Source: an uncultured virus (IMG/VR IMGVR_UViG_3300042945_003839) (lineage: Duplodnaviria; Heunggongvirae; Uroviricota; Caudoviricetes). Taken from it: a DNA stretch of 64,000 nt. Where the stretch lies: the IMG/VR virus record IMGVR_UViG_3300042945_003839. One strand, written 5' to 3'. The position numbers were made by a program, and so were the translations under genes. Below, piece after piece: positions 9,239 to 20,161 of the stretch (positions are counted from its first letter, which is position 1; the number at the start of each line of letters is the position of its first letter). The notes beneath the pieces are model-generated. The model searched no databases, was not told the DNA's origin, and worked only from the letters and a program-made list of their open reading frames with translations.

Positions 9239-11821
9239 TTACAAATTACTTATATTAGGATTACTACTGCTTATAGGATGAGTCCTATCTGCACTGTTTT
9301 CTATTATTCTTCTTAAATTATAAATAATATTTTTACCTGACAGTATTTCAGAATCATTTACGGCTGGATTAATATTACTAATTCTAAAAAGATTATCTGA
9401 ACTATAACCTGCGCCCCAAGTATAGGTATCATCTTGATAGTCGATCATTGAACAATTGATTATAAGATTACTGGTTGGAGCATCTGAACCTGTACCAAGT
9501 AAATTGAGAAAACCATAAGAAGTGTAAAAATTTCTTCCATCCACTTCATCCTGACTTACCCAATTATATCCACCCCATGGGTTGGCAAAATTTTGAATTT
9601 TTCTAAATGTACAATTAATAAACCTATTATTATGGGACCAATATTGCATACTAATACCGCACCCAACTGAATCATTATACAGAAAAACATTGCATTCTAA
9701 GTCAAAAACTCGACCCGGATCATTGACTAAAAAGTAATTAGATCCTCCAGAATAAACTTCAAAAGAATTAAATGCGATTAAATTTAGTTTACAATTTGCT
9801 CTATAGAGACCTATACTGCAAGGCCCCTTAGAGCCTCTGTTCATTATAAACATATTATTGTCAAAACGATTTGAAGTAGCACAATCTCCACAACAACAAG
9901 ATTCCATTACCCAATGCTCATTTGCTATCTGAAACCTGTCTATGCCGTGATATGAATGCCTTATCCAAATACTATCATTAAAGCCACCTTTATGAAAAGA
10001 AAATAAAGTGCCTCTTTCAGTATATTTTTGAGTACATCCCATGACGCAGCAAGAACCACCGGCCTCCCATGTTAAACTCAAATCACCCTGCGTACTAATT
10101 TCTTCAAAATGACAATTTTTGTATAATATTCCACCACTATTGTTATAGCCAGATCCACAACCAATAAAAGTGCAATTTTCAAATACTGCACCATCTAGCA
10201 TCATAGATTTATGTGTTAAATTCATTTGATATTTATCAAAAGTACAATTCTTAAAAACAGCACCTCTCATATCTACTAAAACATTATTTTGATATTGATC
10301 AGGAGTGGACAAAGCGTTTTGACTCGATATTGGAAAAGTTGCTCCATTGTTTAAATAGCTTACAAGATTATCAATTGAATCTATATTTACAAAATCTCTG
10401 TAATAAAAAGATGATGCCGTAGCTCCAGTAGTATTTATTGGAGCACCACCAGAAGTTGCACTAATTGTAAAAGTAGTAGCCGTTAAATTTGAACTTGTGA
10501 CAAAATAAATTGTATTTGCACTTATACCAACTGGCAAAGAGCCACCACTAAACATAATGGGAGTGCCAGCCGTCAAGCCATGATTGGCTGACGTTAATAT
10601 CGCAGGAGAGCCAGAAGCTATACTAACTGAAGTCAGAGATGATCCTGATGGTAAATATCTAGTAGTATTTAAAAATACATTTGCATCAGAAGAAGCAACA
10701 TTTAAAGAGTCGTTATAATAGCTATATGGTAATATAAAAAATTGATGAACTACTGAAAAATCTGACCCATAAAAATTAACGTTTTCAATAACACCATTTC
10801 TCATATTGTAATACCGGCAGCCTTGCCTAAAATAGTCTGAATATGGTCTATAAGAATTTTCTAGTAGATTATTCATCAAGCCCTGTATTGTGTACTGCGG
10901 AGCAAATACAGCGTTCCTTCCCAGCCAGCCGTGATTTAAGTCTATAGTAGGCGCACCTGAAGTGGTAGTGTTGCTATTATAATAGGCGTCAACATTGTAG
11001 TAAGCATTATTGCCAGCTACATACCACGGACCCAACGTATTAACTCTGAGAGGATTTCCGTTTGCATCACGATTAGTACCCGTCCATGGAGGCAAATTTT
11101 CGTACTTCACTAAACCTGGAGAAAGATTGAAAACATTTCTAGATATAGTGCTGCCATTTACTATGTCTTTATCTCTAGATATAACTCTTAAATAAATTTC
11201 TCTTTTTAATGAACTGTTAGATCTTGCGTAATCTTCTGGTGTCGAGCTTTTTGACTTTGTGACAGACCAAGTAGCAGCCCTGTTTCCCTGCCTATTGCCA
11301 CTGCCAGAGCTATAGATCTGATCAGATGCATAATCGATAGGTAAAAAATCAGGACTTAAATATTTAGGATTAAAAGTCTCATCAATCTCAAATTTATAAT
11401 AACCCTCAGACTCAAATATAAAACACCTAAAAAAATTACTCTTTACTATTTTTTCATCGTTTTTATTAACTAAAAATGGTTCGTTCCAAAAATCATCAAA
11501 AGGTAATGTTTCAACAATTTTTACACCGTTTGAAAAGTAACTAATTTGTTTCCTGTTATTCAATAAAGATATTTCATTGCCACCATTTTTTATAAGCACA
11601 GGCGGCTGCCCATCTGGATAATGTGTTACTTTTAAACAATCAAAACCACCACTAAATAGCTCAACTCCCCAAACATAAACACTCTCATTAGCTGGGACAT
11701 GTAAGACCTCTTTTTCAACAGAGAGCCCAGGAACAGACTCTTTAAAACGAATAGAAGGTGCAGCGCCTCTTATGCCGACCATTTCGCGTAATGCAGATTG
11801 AGAATCATAAGCTTGAAACAT
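9239..11821 (-). CDS. Beta-helix tailspike-like protein, paralog 2 of 3 (860 aa), with an inserted 'HGL' beta-module
   Basis: LREMVGIRGAAPSI..VWGVELFSGGFDCLKV, GYYKFEIDE, VDMRGAVFKNCTF, LDGAVFENCTF. Insert SPAILTSANHGLTAGTPIMFSGGSLP...TTFTISATSGG at about 10425-10635. Confidence 0.65.
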   Translation of the reverse strand: MFQAYDSQSALREMVGIRGAAPSIRFKESVPGLSVEKEVLHVPANESVYVWGVELFSGGFDCLKVTHYPDGQPPVLIKNGGNEISLLNNRKQISYFSNGVKIVETLPFDDFWNEPFLVNKNDEKIVKSNFFRCFIFESEGYYKFEIDETFNPKYLSPDFLPIDYASDQIYSSGSGNRQGNRAATWSVTKSKSSTPEDYARSNSSLKREIYLRVISRDKDIVNGSTISRNVFNLSPGLVKYENLPPWTGTNRDANGNPLRVNTLGPWYVAGNNAYYNVDAYYNSNTTTSGAPTIDLNHGWLGRNAVFAPQYTIQGLMNNLLENSYRPYSDYFRQGCRYYNMRNGVIENVNFYGSDFSVVHQFFILPYSYYNDSLNVASSDANVFLNTTRYLPSGSSLTSVSIASGSPAILTSANHGLTAGTPIMFSGGSLPVGISANTIYFVTSSNLTATTFTISATSGGAPINTTGATASSFYYRDFVNIDSIDNLVSYLNNGATFPISSQNALSTPDQYQNNVLVDMRGAVFKNCTFDKYQMNLTHKSMMLDGAVFENCTFIGCGSGYNNSGGILYKNCHFEEISTQGDLSLTWEAGGSCCVMGCTQKYTERGTLFSFHKGGFNDSIWIRHSYHGIDRFQIANEHWVMESCCCGDCATSNRFDNNMFIMNRGSKGPCSIGLYRANCKLNLIAFNSFEVYSGGSNYFLVNDPGRVFDLECNVFLYNDSVGCGISMQYWSHNNRFINCTFRKIQNFANPWGGYNWVSQDEVDGRNFYTSYGFLNLLGTGSDAPTSNLIINCSMIDYQDDTYTWGAGYSSDNLFRISNINPAVNDSEILSGKNIIYNLRRIIENSADRTHPISSSNPNISNL

Positions 11822-11833
11822 AATAAACCTTCT

Positions 11834-14800
11834 TTATAAGAATCTTCCTCTAGTAGCTTGATAATTTATTTCTACCTCGGAAGCAGTCAATTCACGATTG
11901 TAAAAATAAAACTCTCCCATCCATCCAGTAAATGGAAAATTAGAAGTACTATTTTTAAAGCCTTTAGCCAACACGAGCGGATTAACAGTGTCATCATAGG
12001 ATGTTTCTGAGCCGTGAGAACCATTAATATATCTTACATTATTAACGTAGCCCTTAACGTCTCCACTTGTGCCACCAATCTTAATGACAGCAGTAATAAA
12101 ATACCAAACATCTGCAGATAGTATGAGTCCAGATCCAGAAGTACTATTTTCTTTATAAACTGAAGCACCATTTGTAACTATCAAAAGCCCACCAGAAGAA
12201 CCAGTACCTACAGAATAGCCGTCCCAATTGCCAGAAGTACTGTTTGTTCCTTTACCAAAAAACATTTGATTTGCAACACTTCTTAAACGAACCCAGGTTT
12301 GAATAGTGATAAAACCATCAGTTTTTGCACTAAAAGTATTTGAGACTGTAGCTCCAGAAGAATTGATATTAGAAATGTTTACAAAATCATCGGTATCTGT
12401 ACAATTAAACCTAATAGAACCTCCGCTGCCGTCATTATTGGTATTTGTGCAATTTGCCGGAGGAGCAGTCAAAGTTGTACCAGCAAATCTTGGAGAATTT
12501 TGAATAGAACCATGGAATCCATTGCTCATCATATTTTTCCATTGTGTATTATTTCCTATATCAAAAGAGCTACCACTTCCATAGTTGAAAGAGCTAACGA
12601 CACTCGCATTCAAAGCCAATATTAGACCATCAGTTATAACATCATTTCTGAATATCTGTTGACCCCAACCTTGTCTAGAAGACAAAACAGCCTCATTACT
12701 GTACAAAACACCGCTATTCTTCTTCTCCCAAACATTACTGCTTAAATTTTTAACATAAATAGAACGGCATTCATTTCTTGATGCAATATGAGAAGAATCT
12801 TGTGAACAATAAAAACCACCAGAAGGTCCACCGTAAGATGTATCCCAAACTTTCCATCCATTGTCGTAATGCTCTAGCTTCCATTCTAAAGGCAAAGGAG
12901 AAAAACTTCTTGCTCCACTTGAGTTGTGATGCTGAGGAGACCATTCGGTTCCATCAGGATTTAAGCGACCAATAAGACCATCATGCCAACCATATTTTTT
13001 ACCAGGAAAAGGCAAATTAAATTTATTTCTATGAGCAACATTTACGTATTTCCACAAATTATTTTGACTCCAATAATTATCTATACTTTTATTAATATCA
13101 AAATTTGGATCATATACATGATGAAATCCGTTAAATATAGAACATGGACCCAAGTGGTTGTCCATAAAGTAATTGCCCCAGTTTAAAAAGACGTTACTTA
13201 TAGCCTTATTAGCCATAGCAGTTGTATTAACGCAATACCATTGGCCAGATGGAGCGCTTGAGTCGCCCTCAACTCCACCTGCATTGACGCATACTCCTGT
13301 CCCAAGAGAATAGGGACTATAGTGACTATCTATACTCTTGAAACTACTAAACTGAGGCTCAGAAACAGCGTTGCATATAAATCTATGATGATAAGTTTTT
13401 CCATCTAGAGAAATAGAAAGCTTATGCATGAAGTTATGCGCCCAAGACTCATACAGGCACTTGTCTTCGCTAAGTCCAGCAGGAGTATGCGCGTATATCT
13501 TAATGGTATCATTAAAGGTATTCATATAGAAAAGATTAGCTCTACTAAAAGTCTCATATGATGAAACTATACCACCAAGACCACTATGCAAACGATTATT
13601 AATAAATAAATTTCTTGAGAATTCATGCTGCTGCACTATATGGGAAGTTATGCTAGTACCTGTTGCATCAAACGCATAAGTTTGAGCACTGAATCTCATA
13701 AAGCTTGGAAATTCTGTACAAAATATTTCACTGCCGCCACCATTTTGATTAACTTGATAATCAAAAATGTTACGCCACCAAAGATTATCGCTAACTGGCC
13801 CCTTGGCAGAAGAGAATATAAACACTCTATCATTATTTAAGAACTGACAACTAATAAATGCACTTGAATGAAATGTAGTCGGCGTAAACATGGCGGTATT
13901 TTTATAACCACCAATGAAAGAACATTCATGAAAAAGAATAGAATCTCCATTTGTATTTACTGCACAATTAATAAATTTGCAGTTTACAAAAGATACTCCA
14001 GACCAACAAGATTCGTCCCTGCCGCCAATAAAAATATTTTTAAAAGTGCAATTTCTAAATACACTACCCCTAAAGTCAACAAACCATCCTTTGACTTGCC
14101 CATCTCCAGATGGAAAAGAAGTACCAGGAGCTGCAGGCGCATCTGGCCTGACGTAAATTGGGTCTTCCTCCCATAGCCCCTGAACGCTGTAATATCCGTC
14201 TACAAACTTGTCGCCACCATTTATGGTAACTCCATCAATGAACAAGTGTCTTCGATTAATAACTCTCTTTTTAAATAATGGAGTATACCTCCATTCTACA
14301 TTACTAAATCTTTCATTTGATGTAATTTCTGTAGTGTGAGGGAATCCTGAAGTTCCATCTTGCCCAGAAGAATTTCGTGTTTTAACAAACTTTGTCCATT
14401 GAGCACTGGATGCAGTCTGCAAAGAACTACCCCATTCAGCGCCGTAACCTACAACTTTTGTATATGGAGCATCTACCTGGTAATCATTAGTAGCTACGCC
14501 AGGAGTCATTGTCTTAAAAACTTTTGTCATTAAAGAACCAGTAACTAAATCTTTTTCAGGAAAAAAAGCTCTTACATTAAGAGATCTAGTAAACCTTGAC
14601 CTATATCTCACTCCCGTAGAAGCTACTTGACTATTTTTAGAAGCATCTACATGACCAGGCAAAGATTGATAAAGAGTAGGATTTGTTGCATAATCAACAG
14701 GAGATAAACGACCCTTTGAGTTAAACCAATCTGTTTTTAATCCAGAATCCCAATTTGTAGTTGGCAAACCTAAAGATTGATTATACCAAGGAGACGCCGT

Positions 14801-15490
14801 TTCATCTAATACAAATTTCCAATACCCTTCTTTCATTAGTAAAAAAGTTCTTAAAAAATTTGAAGTAAGAGTTGTATAAGCCTGACCCTGATCATAGATT
14901 GGAGATGGACCAGCCATAGTATAAATCGCACCACTATGTTTCATCTCTAAAAGCCACTGATTATAAAAGTATTCTACGTTATTAGTAGAACCGTCAGGAA
15001 GCGGATTGCTGCGAGGGAAATGTAAACCAGTACCAGTGCCACCCAATGTAGCTTCAGAAGTTCCTATATTTCCAAAGGGGCTGGGCCCAGGCTGAATATT
15101 GGCGGTATTGTTCGGATTTGTTTGACCAGCACCAGTACCGCTTCCTCCATTAGTCTTAGCTCCAGCTCCCTTTATAAGAGTCCACCCACTATCTAAAGTC
15201 CACTGAGCATCTGGCGGATTACTGGGGGCTCTCCAGTATATTTTTAAAGTGTCATAACCTCCAGAACACATCTCAACGCCCCAAACGTAAATTTTTTGGT
15301 GTGTATGAGTATGAAAAATTCTATCGTCATCAACGTTTTGAGAAGAATCACTGTCGTTAACAGTGTTCCTAAAATGTACAGCAGGAGCCAATCCACGAAG
15401 TCCAGCCAACTCTCTACACATTCTTCTCCAAGTAGATGCGTCCCAAAATTCATTGTCAGCAATAAGTGATGTATTAATATATTGTGCCAT
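11834..15490 (-). CDS. Beta-helix tailspike-like protein, paralog 3 of 3 (1218 aa), with a C-terminal LamG/ConA-like lectin domain
   Basis: CRELAGLRGLAPAV..VWGVEMCSGGYDTLKI, GYWKFVLDE, VDFRGSVFRNCTFKNI. C-terminus VITDGLILALNAS...TIQTWVR...WYFITAV...YVNN...MGEFYFYNRELTASEVEINYQATRGRF is a typical phage LamG module. Confidence 0.75.
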   Translation of the reverse strand: MAQYINTSLIADNEFWDASTWRRMCRELAGLRGLAPAVHFRNTVNDSDSSQNVDDDRIFHTHTHQKIYVWGVEMCSGGYDTLKIYWRAPSNPPDAQWTLDSGWTLIKGAGAKTNGGSGTGAGQTNPNNTANIQPGPSPFGNIGTSEATLGGTGTGLHFPRSNPLPDGSTNNVEYFYNQWLLEMKHSGAIYTMAGPSPIYDQGQAYTTLTSNFLRTFLLMKEGYWKFVLDETASPWYNQSLGLPTTNWDSGLKTDWFNSKGRLSPVDYATNPTLYQSLPGHVDASKNSQVASTGVRYRSRFTRSLNVRAFFPEKDLVTGSLMTKVFKTMTPGVATNDYQVDAPYTKVVGYGAEWGSSLQTASSAQWTKFVKTRNSSGQDGTSGFPHTTEITSNERFSNVEWRYTPLFKKRVINRRHLFIDGVTINGGDKFVDGYYSVQGLWEEDPIYVRPDAPAAPGTSFPSGDGQVKGWFVDFRGSVFRNCTFKNIFIGGRDESCWSGVSFVNCKFINCAVNTNGDSILFHECSFIGGYKNTAMFTPTTFHSSAFISCQFLNNDRVFIFSSAKGPVSDNLWWRNIFDYQVNQNGGGSEIFCTEFPSFMRFSAQTYAFDATGTSITSHIVQQHEFSRNLFINNRLHSGLGGIVSSYETFSRANLFYMNTFNDTIKIYAHTPAGLSEDKCLYESWAHNFMHKLSISLDGKTYHHRFICNAVSEPQFSSFKSIDSHYSPYSLGTGVCVNAGGVEGDSSAPSGQWYCVNTTAMANKAISNVFLNWGNYFMDNHLGPCSIFNGFHHVYDPNFDINKSIDNYWSQNNLWKYVNVAHRNKFNLPFPGKKYGWHDGLIGRLNPDGTEWSPQHHNSSGARSFSPLPLEWKLEHYDNGWKVWDTSYGGPSGGFYCSQDSSHIASRNECRSIYVKNLSSNVWEKKNSGVLYSNEAVLSSRQGWGQQIFRNDVITDGLILALNASVVSSFNYGSGSSFDIGNNTQWKNMMSNGFHGSIQNSPRFAGTTLTAPPANCTNTNNDGSGGSIRFNCTDTDDFVNISNINSSGATVSNTFSAKTDGFITIQTWVRLRSVANQMFFGKGTNSTSGNWDGYSVGTGSSGGLLIVTNGASVYKENSTSGSGLILSADVWYFITAVIKIGGTSGDVKGYVNNVRYINGSHGSETSYDDTVNPLVLAKGFKNSTSNFPFTGWMGEFYFYNRELTASEVEINYQATRGRFL

Positions 15491-18400
15491 TAAATTATAC
15501 CATTAATTGTGTAACTTTTTATATTAGGCAAATTACTTATTTTAAATCTATATATTATATCGTCATCATTATTATTAGAGCCTTCGCCCTTATTAATATT
15601 TATGCCATCAGCTGTAGCATATTCATTGGGCGGAATTGGATACAAGTTCTTTAATTTACCCCAATCAGCAAGAATAGACCTTTCAACGTAACAATCTTTG
15701 ACACTTGAAGATCTATCAAAGATCTTTTTCATAACAAAATTGTCGTCTGTCGTAAACGCGTGAATCCTATTTGCTTTAAGGCCAGCATATGGAGACAGGA
15801 AAGTATTGTGAGTAAAATAAGAGTCTTGAACTTCTTCACCCAATTTAACCATAACAAAGTTAAAAAAGTTATGACCAAAAAGATTTGCAGTCAATCTTTT
15901 AGGCGCATTTAATGCTGAAGATCTTAATCCATATATAAGTAAACTTTTATTAACGTTTTGAGTAATTTCATAAGAAGATATTTGATCTATAACTGAAGAT
16001 ATTTGTTCCGATATTAAATTTTGAGCAACATACAAAGATCTTTTTCTGTCATTAAGCCTGTCTAAGTCAACATTTAAATCTACGATGTCAGCACCCTGTG
16101 GTGCGTAAGATTCTTTGTAAGCAATACGAGAATCAAAATAATATTCTCCCTTGTAAGTATCATAATTTGCAAAAGCATTTTGACTAAAAAAGCTAAACTT
16201 TACTCCTTCAAAAACAGCCACTTCTTGTCCGCCTATATCTGTTATTGCAGTTCTTTCAACATAATCTGGATTATATACATTTTCAAAAAAACATAAAGCA
16301 TCTTCTGATTTTTTACTTGCAGATCCATTAATAGCGCTATCAATGTTAGAAAAATAATCTATAATTAATTGATCAACGTTTTGCTCTTGCAAAATTACCC
16401 TAGCACCAGCGTCTATAGAAGGCTTAACAATAGCGCTAAATATCCTTCTGTTATGCAAAATATAACCATTATTAAAATGAACCGTACTCTTACCCCTGAA
16501 TTCTACATCAGTGATGCAAGCATAAGAAATACCTATTTTAAAATTGTCTTTTAACAATACATCGGATTTGTTTTTTAAGGAAGATACTAAAATAAAATTA
16601 CGTGCACTTATTTCGTTCTCATCAACAATGCCAACATCATCTTTTGATTCTATTATGTAGCCTTCACATTCATTTTTCAAAGAGTCTATTCCGCTTATCC
16701 ATCTTAAAATAATAGACTCTAAAGCGTTATTGACATCATCATAAACTGCATATTGACCTGATGGTGAATATGGGCTGCTTATAGTGCCAGAAAAAAGCAC
16801 AGCACCAGACCAAATAGGAGAAATGCTAACATGAGACATAGATTTACTAACAGAATATCCTGACACGCGCTTACTGACATTAGATGGAATATAATTTTTA
16901 AGATCTTTGTTGTTTAATGACAGTCCAGATATTTTTTCAATATTCACTTTACCACTTGAATTTTCAGAGATTCCAAAAACATCTACTAAAGGATCTCCAA
17001 GGCCCTTGACGTAAAAATCAAATTTTGTAAGCAAATGAGCGGCATCTACAATCTTATCTTTCATAGAAGAGATCGCTGAATTTTTATATTTCATATCATA
17101 AAAATTAATTAACTTTAAAAGATCTTGATAAACAGAATTGGAAAATGATCCATAAAAATTTCTTAAACTTTTTATAAGTCTTTTAATTTCAATAATTGCC
17201 AAATCCCTATCATGACTATGGACATAGTAAATATTATCATTTTCATTGAGTTGATATATATTTTTATTATTGCAATATAAAGCAAACGCAAGCTTTACAG
17301 CCTTACTTCTACCGCTTTTACCAAACTCAAATACTAAACTTGGCCTTGAGGACATGTTCTTTGAGTAATTGTTATTATTTAAAAAAGATAAAAATTGTAA
17401 AGATAAACTTAATAACAGCAAAGCATCATTATGGCGAACAACATTACTGACAGAGCCGTCTTTTCTCATGTACTTAAGCACGCCATCAGAACCAGATAAT
17501 ACGCTATTATCTTCTATGCAAGAAACTCCAGAAATATATAAATTTTTAATTTGAGAACTTTCAATATCCCCAACAATCTTAAGACCCAAGTCAACAGATT
17601 CTAATGAAGTAAAATTATAATCTACTAAAATGTCTTTAATTGTATTTTTAAAAGGTATTAGCAAATCAGAAAAACCAGATACAGCAATAGAAAAAGATTT
17701 ATTTTGATTTTTCTTGTATGCATAGCTAGGCCTAAAAGCTACCCCAGTACTTTTTTCTGCTAAACCTTTTGAGTTGATATTTTTTGTTAAAGGTCTAATG
17801 TCACGATCTAAAAATGCACTTCCAGGAACATAGTTGTCACACAGATCGTTTAGCCTATACTTTCCATCTAGGTAAGATGGCACAGTGTCTCCAACAATAT
17901 AGTTATGCAAGCATACAACAGGGTCATACGACTGATAGTCCCTATTGATGTCATTGCCGTCTATTGTCTTGCTAACAATACCTATTGGCTCATGAACAAA
18001 TTGCTCTACCCCATAAAGAGCAACAATTGCATTTACAACATCAAAAAACTTTTGGTCAAAAAACATTTTTACTTTATTGATTGAGCAATAATTTTCACTG
18101 TCAATGAGTGATTTAGAGAATTCTCCAAATGAATTTCGACCTTCTGAAACATATCTGCCATTAATCATATTGCAACCAGATACGTATTCAGTGTTTTCAT
18201 AGGTAAAGTTTCCAACACAATAATATTTGCCGTCGTATTTTAAAAACAATAAAGACAAATCATCTGTTGGAATAAATTCATTTATATAGTCTCCATCAAA
18301 ACATCCATTAGATATAGTGTTGTCTATGGAATTTACATTTTTTATAAACTCATAACCACTTCCATTAGCTAAGGTTTTGGCTCTTACTAAACCACAAGAT

Positions 18401-19239
18401 AATATAGTATTTAAAGAAAGTAAATCATTTACTACGTCTTTAGAATTAAAAGCGCCAATATTAGCTGCAAAGCTTGCAAATACATTTTTATTATTTAAAT
18501 AGTCATTGCTAGCAAAAACACACAAAGTATAATCTTGCAATTCACGCAAAAATGATTCATCTTTTACAGCGTAAGAAAGATTATTGACTGCAAAATCACC
18601 AAGATTTACAAATTCAGAAACTTGAACTTTATAAAAATCGTTTGCGTTTCTATCTAAAAATAATACAGGATAATTTTTATAATGTTTTACATCGCTACTT
18701 TGCATAATGCCAAACTGCTTGCTTAAAGCAATTACTGGACTAGGTCTATGATTAGATATCCCACTGATTACTTCTTTCTCATATGGAAAAACCACACTCA
18801 AAAAACTTAAATCACATGCAGAGTAGGCAAAGTCTGAGCCATCCATAAAGGCCTGGTTCCACCTTATACCTCTAGCGTCATCAATAATTAAACTATGACG
18901 ATTTGAAATAAAAGATTCTCTGACATCTGTTACCTCAGCAAGTTGGTGTATTTTTGATCCATCTGAAAGCGTAACAGAATTATTGCCAACTTTTATATAA
19001 AAACTTTTATCTAAAGATCTCAGATAAGAACCAGGCAATATTCCAGGATTTATTTTACCAATTCCAGATATGGGTTTTATGCCGAATGACTTAATACCCG
19101 CTGCATAAAAAGTGACAACAAAATGATGTTCGTGACCAGACTCGTCCATATAGGAAACAACTGAACCTGGACGTGGATCTCCACCAACTTCGGAAAATTG
19201 TAAAGAAACTGAATATTTAGAGATTCCTTTTATAGGCAT
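15490..19239 (-). CDS. Large hypothetical protein (1249 aa), probably virion-associated
   Basis: Long ORF whose stop overlaps the next start (TAATG at 15490). No motif confidently recognised. Confidence 0.8.
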   Translation of the reverse strand: MPIKGISKYSVSLQFSEVGGDPRPGSVVSYMDESGHEHHFVVTFYAAGIKSFGIKPISGIGKINPGILPGSYLRSLDKSFYIKVGNNSVTLSDGSKIHQLAEVTDVRESFISNRHSLIIDDARGIRWNQAFMDGSDFAYSACDLSFLSVVFPYEKEVISGISNHRPSPVIALSKQFGIMQSSDVKHYKNYPVLFLDRNANDFYKVQVSEFVNLGDFAVNNLSYAVKDESFLRELQDYTLCVFASNDYLNNKNVFASFAANIGAFNSKDVVNDLLSLNTILSCGLVRAKTLANGSGYEFIKNVNSIDNTISNGCFDGDYINEFIPTDDLSLLFLKYDGKYYCVGNFTYENTEYVSGCNMINGRYVSEGRNSFGEFSKSLIDSENYCSINKVKMFFDQKFFDVVNAIVALYGVEQFVHEPIGIVSKTIDGNDINRDYQSYDPVVCLHNYIVGDTVPSYLDGKYRLNDLCDNYVPGSAFLDRDIRPLTKNINSKGLAEKSTGVAFRPSYAYKKNQNKSFSIAVSGFSDLLIPFKNTIKDILVDYNFTSLESVDLGLKIVGDIESSQIKNLYISGVSCIEDNSVLSGSDGVLKYMRKDGSVSNVVRHNDALLLLSLSLQFLSFLNNNNYSKNMSSRPSLVFEFGKSGRSKAVKLAFALYCNNKNIYQLNENDNIYYVHSHDRDLAIIEIKRLIKSLRNFYGSFSNSVYQDLLKLINFYDMKYKNSAISSMKDKIVDAAHLLTKFDFYVKGLGDPLVDVFGISENSSGKVNIEKISGLSLNNKDLKNYIPSNVSKRVSGYSVSKSMSHVSISPIWSGAVLFSGTISSPYSPSGQYAVYDDVNNALESIILRWISGIDSLKNECEGYIIESKDDVGIVDENEISARNFILVSSLKNKSDVLLKDNFKIGISYACITDVEFRGKSTVHFNNGYILHNRRIFSAIVKPSIDAGARVILQEQNVDQLIIDYFSNIDSAINGSASKKSEDALCFFENVYNPDYVERTAITDIGGQEVAVFEGVKFSFFSQNAFANYDTYKGEYYFDSRIAYKESYAPQGADIVDLNVDLDRLNDRKRSLYVAQNLISEQISSVIDQISSYEITQNVNKSLLIYGLRSSALNAPKRLTANLFGHNFFNFVMVKLGEEVQDSYFTHNTFLSPYAGLKANRIHAFTTDDNFVMKKIFDRSSSVKDCYVERSILADWGKLKNLYPIPPNEYATADGININKGEGSNNNDDDIIYRFKISNLPNIKSYTINGII

Positions 19240-19246
19240 AGTATTG

Positions 19247-20161
19247 TCATTTTAGCAAAATAAAATTAATATTATTTTTATTATAGACGTTAACGCCCGA
19301 TTTAAAATAATTACTATATTTTACATCAGATATCCATTTAAACCTGTCTAGATCTCTAGAAGCCTTGCCAGCCTTGTCAACTGGTAATCCATACAGGTAT
19401 ACGTTCACGTAATTCTCCAAATTAGATATACTGTAATATTCCTCAAGAGAAAGACTTGACTTGTTAATATTATCGCTAAAAATGATCATTACACTTAATA
19501 TGTTAAAAGCATCAAGATAGCTTCGTAAAGAAGCAGCCAAATTATCTATGTCACTGTAAGAACTAACAGATATGGGCCAAATTGTGTCAACACCGTACTT
19601 TGAAACAACAGAACCAGCATAAGAAGATACGAAACTTTGCTCCATGCCATTCATATTCATCAAAGTCGAAAGACTAGCTTGATCTAGAGATGATAAATTG
19701 TTAGGGAATATTACTACTTTTTTGACGGCTGAGGGATACTGATTTACGTACTTAGATACCGTAAAAGAAAAACTGTTATTGTAAAATAAATTTTGGTCCC
19801 ACACAAGAATGTTATTTATTCTATTTATCCACTGCGGTACAAAAATTGATCTGCTTACGTCAAATGCTGACACTTCTTTTGGAATTTCTTCTTGTGCCAA
19901 AAAAGCCTGCATTGCCATGATATCAACAGAAGATGCATTGATCATAGAGAACTGCAAAGTTGCATTACTTTTTAATTGATATAATGCTCTATAGTTTGCG
20001 GCAATATAATTTTTGTTCCAATTTTTTATAACTACTTTTTGTATGTACGAGTTCTCAACAAGTTTGTTTATATCATGTATATTTACAGAACTTGATTTTG
20101 CATCTAAGTAAATATAGTCAAAATTTTTTGATATGTTCAATATATGCATGTATAAAATCAC
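19247..20161 (-). CDS. Hypothetical protein (304 aa)
   Basis: GTG start overlaps the upstream TGA (GTGA, 20158-20161). Alternating alpha/beta pattern, no recognised motif. Confidence 0.75.
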   Translation of the reverse strand: MILYMHILNISKNFDYIYLDAKSSSVNIHDINKLVENSYIQKVVIKNWNKNYIAANYRALYQLKSNATLQFSMINASSVDIMAMQAFLAQEEIPKEVSAFDVSRSIFVPQWINRINNILVWDQNLFYNNSFSFTVSKYVNQYPSAVKKVVIFPNNLSSLDQASLSTLMNMNGMEQSFVSSYAGSVVSKYGVDTIWPISVSSYSDIDNLAASLRSYLDAFNILSVMIIFSDNINKSSLSLEEYYSISNLENYVNVYLYGLPVDKAGKASRDLDRFKWISDVKYSNYFKSGVNVYNKNNINFILLK

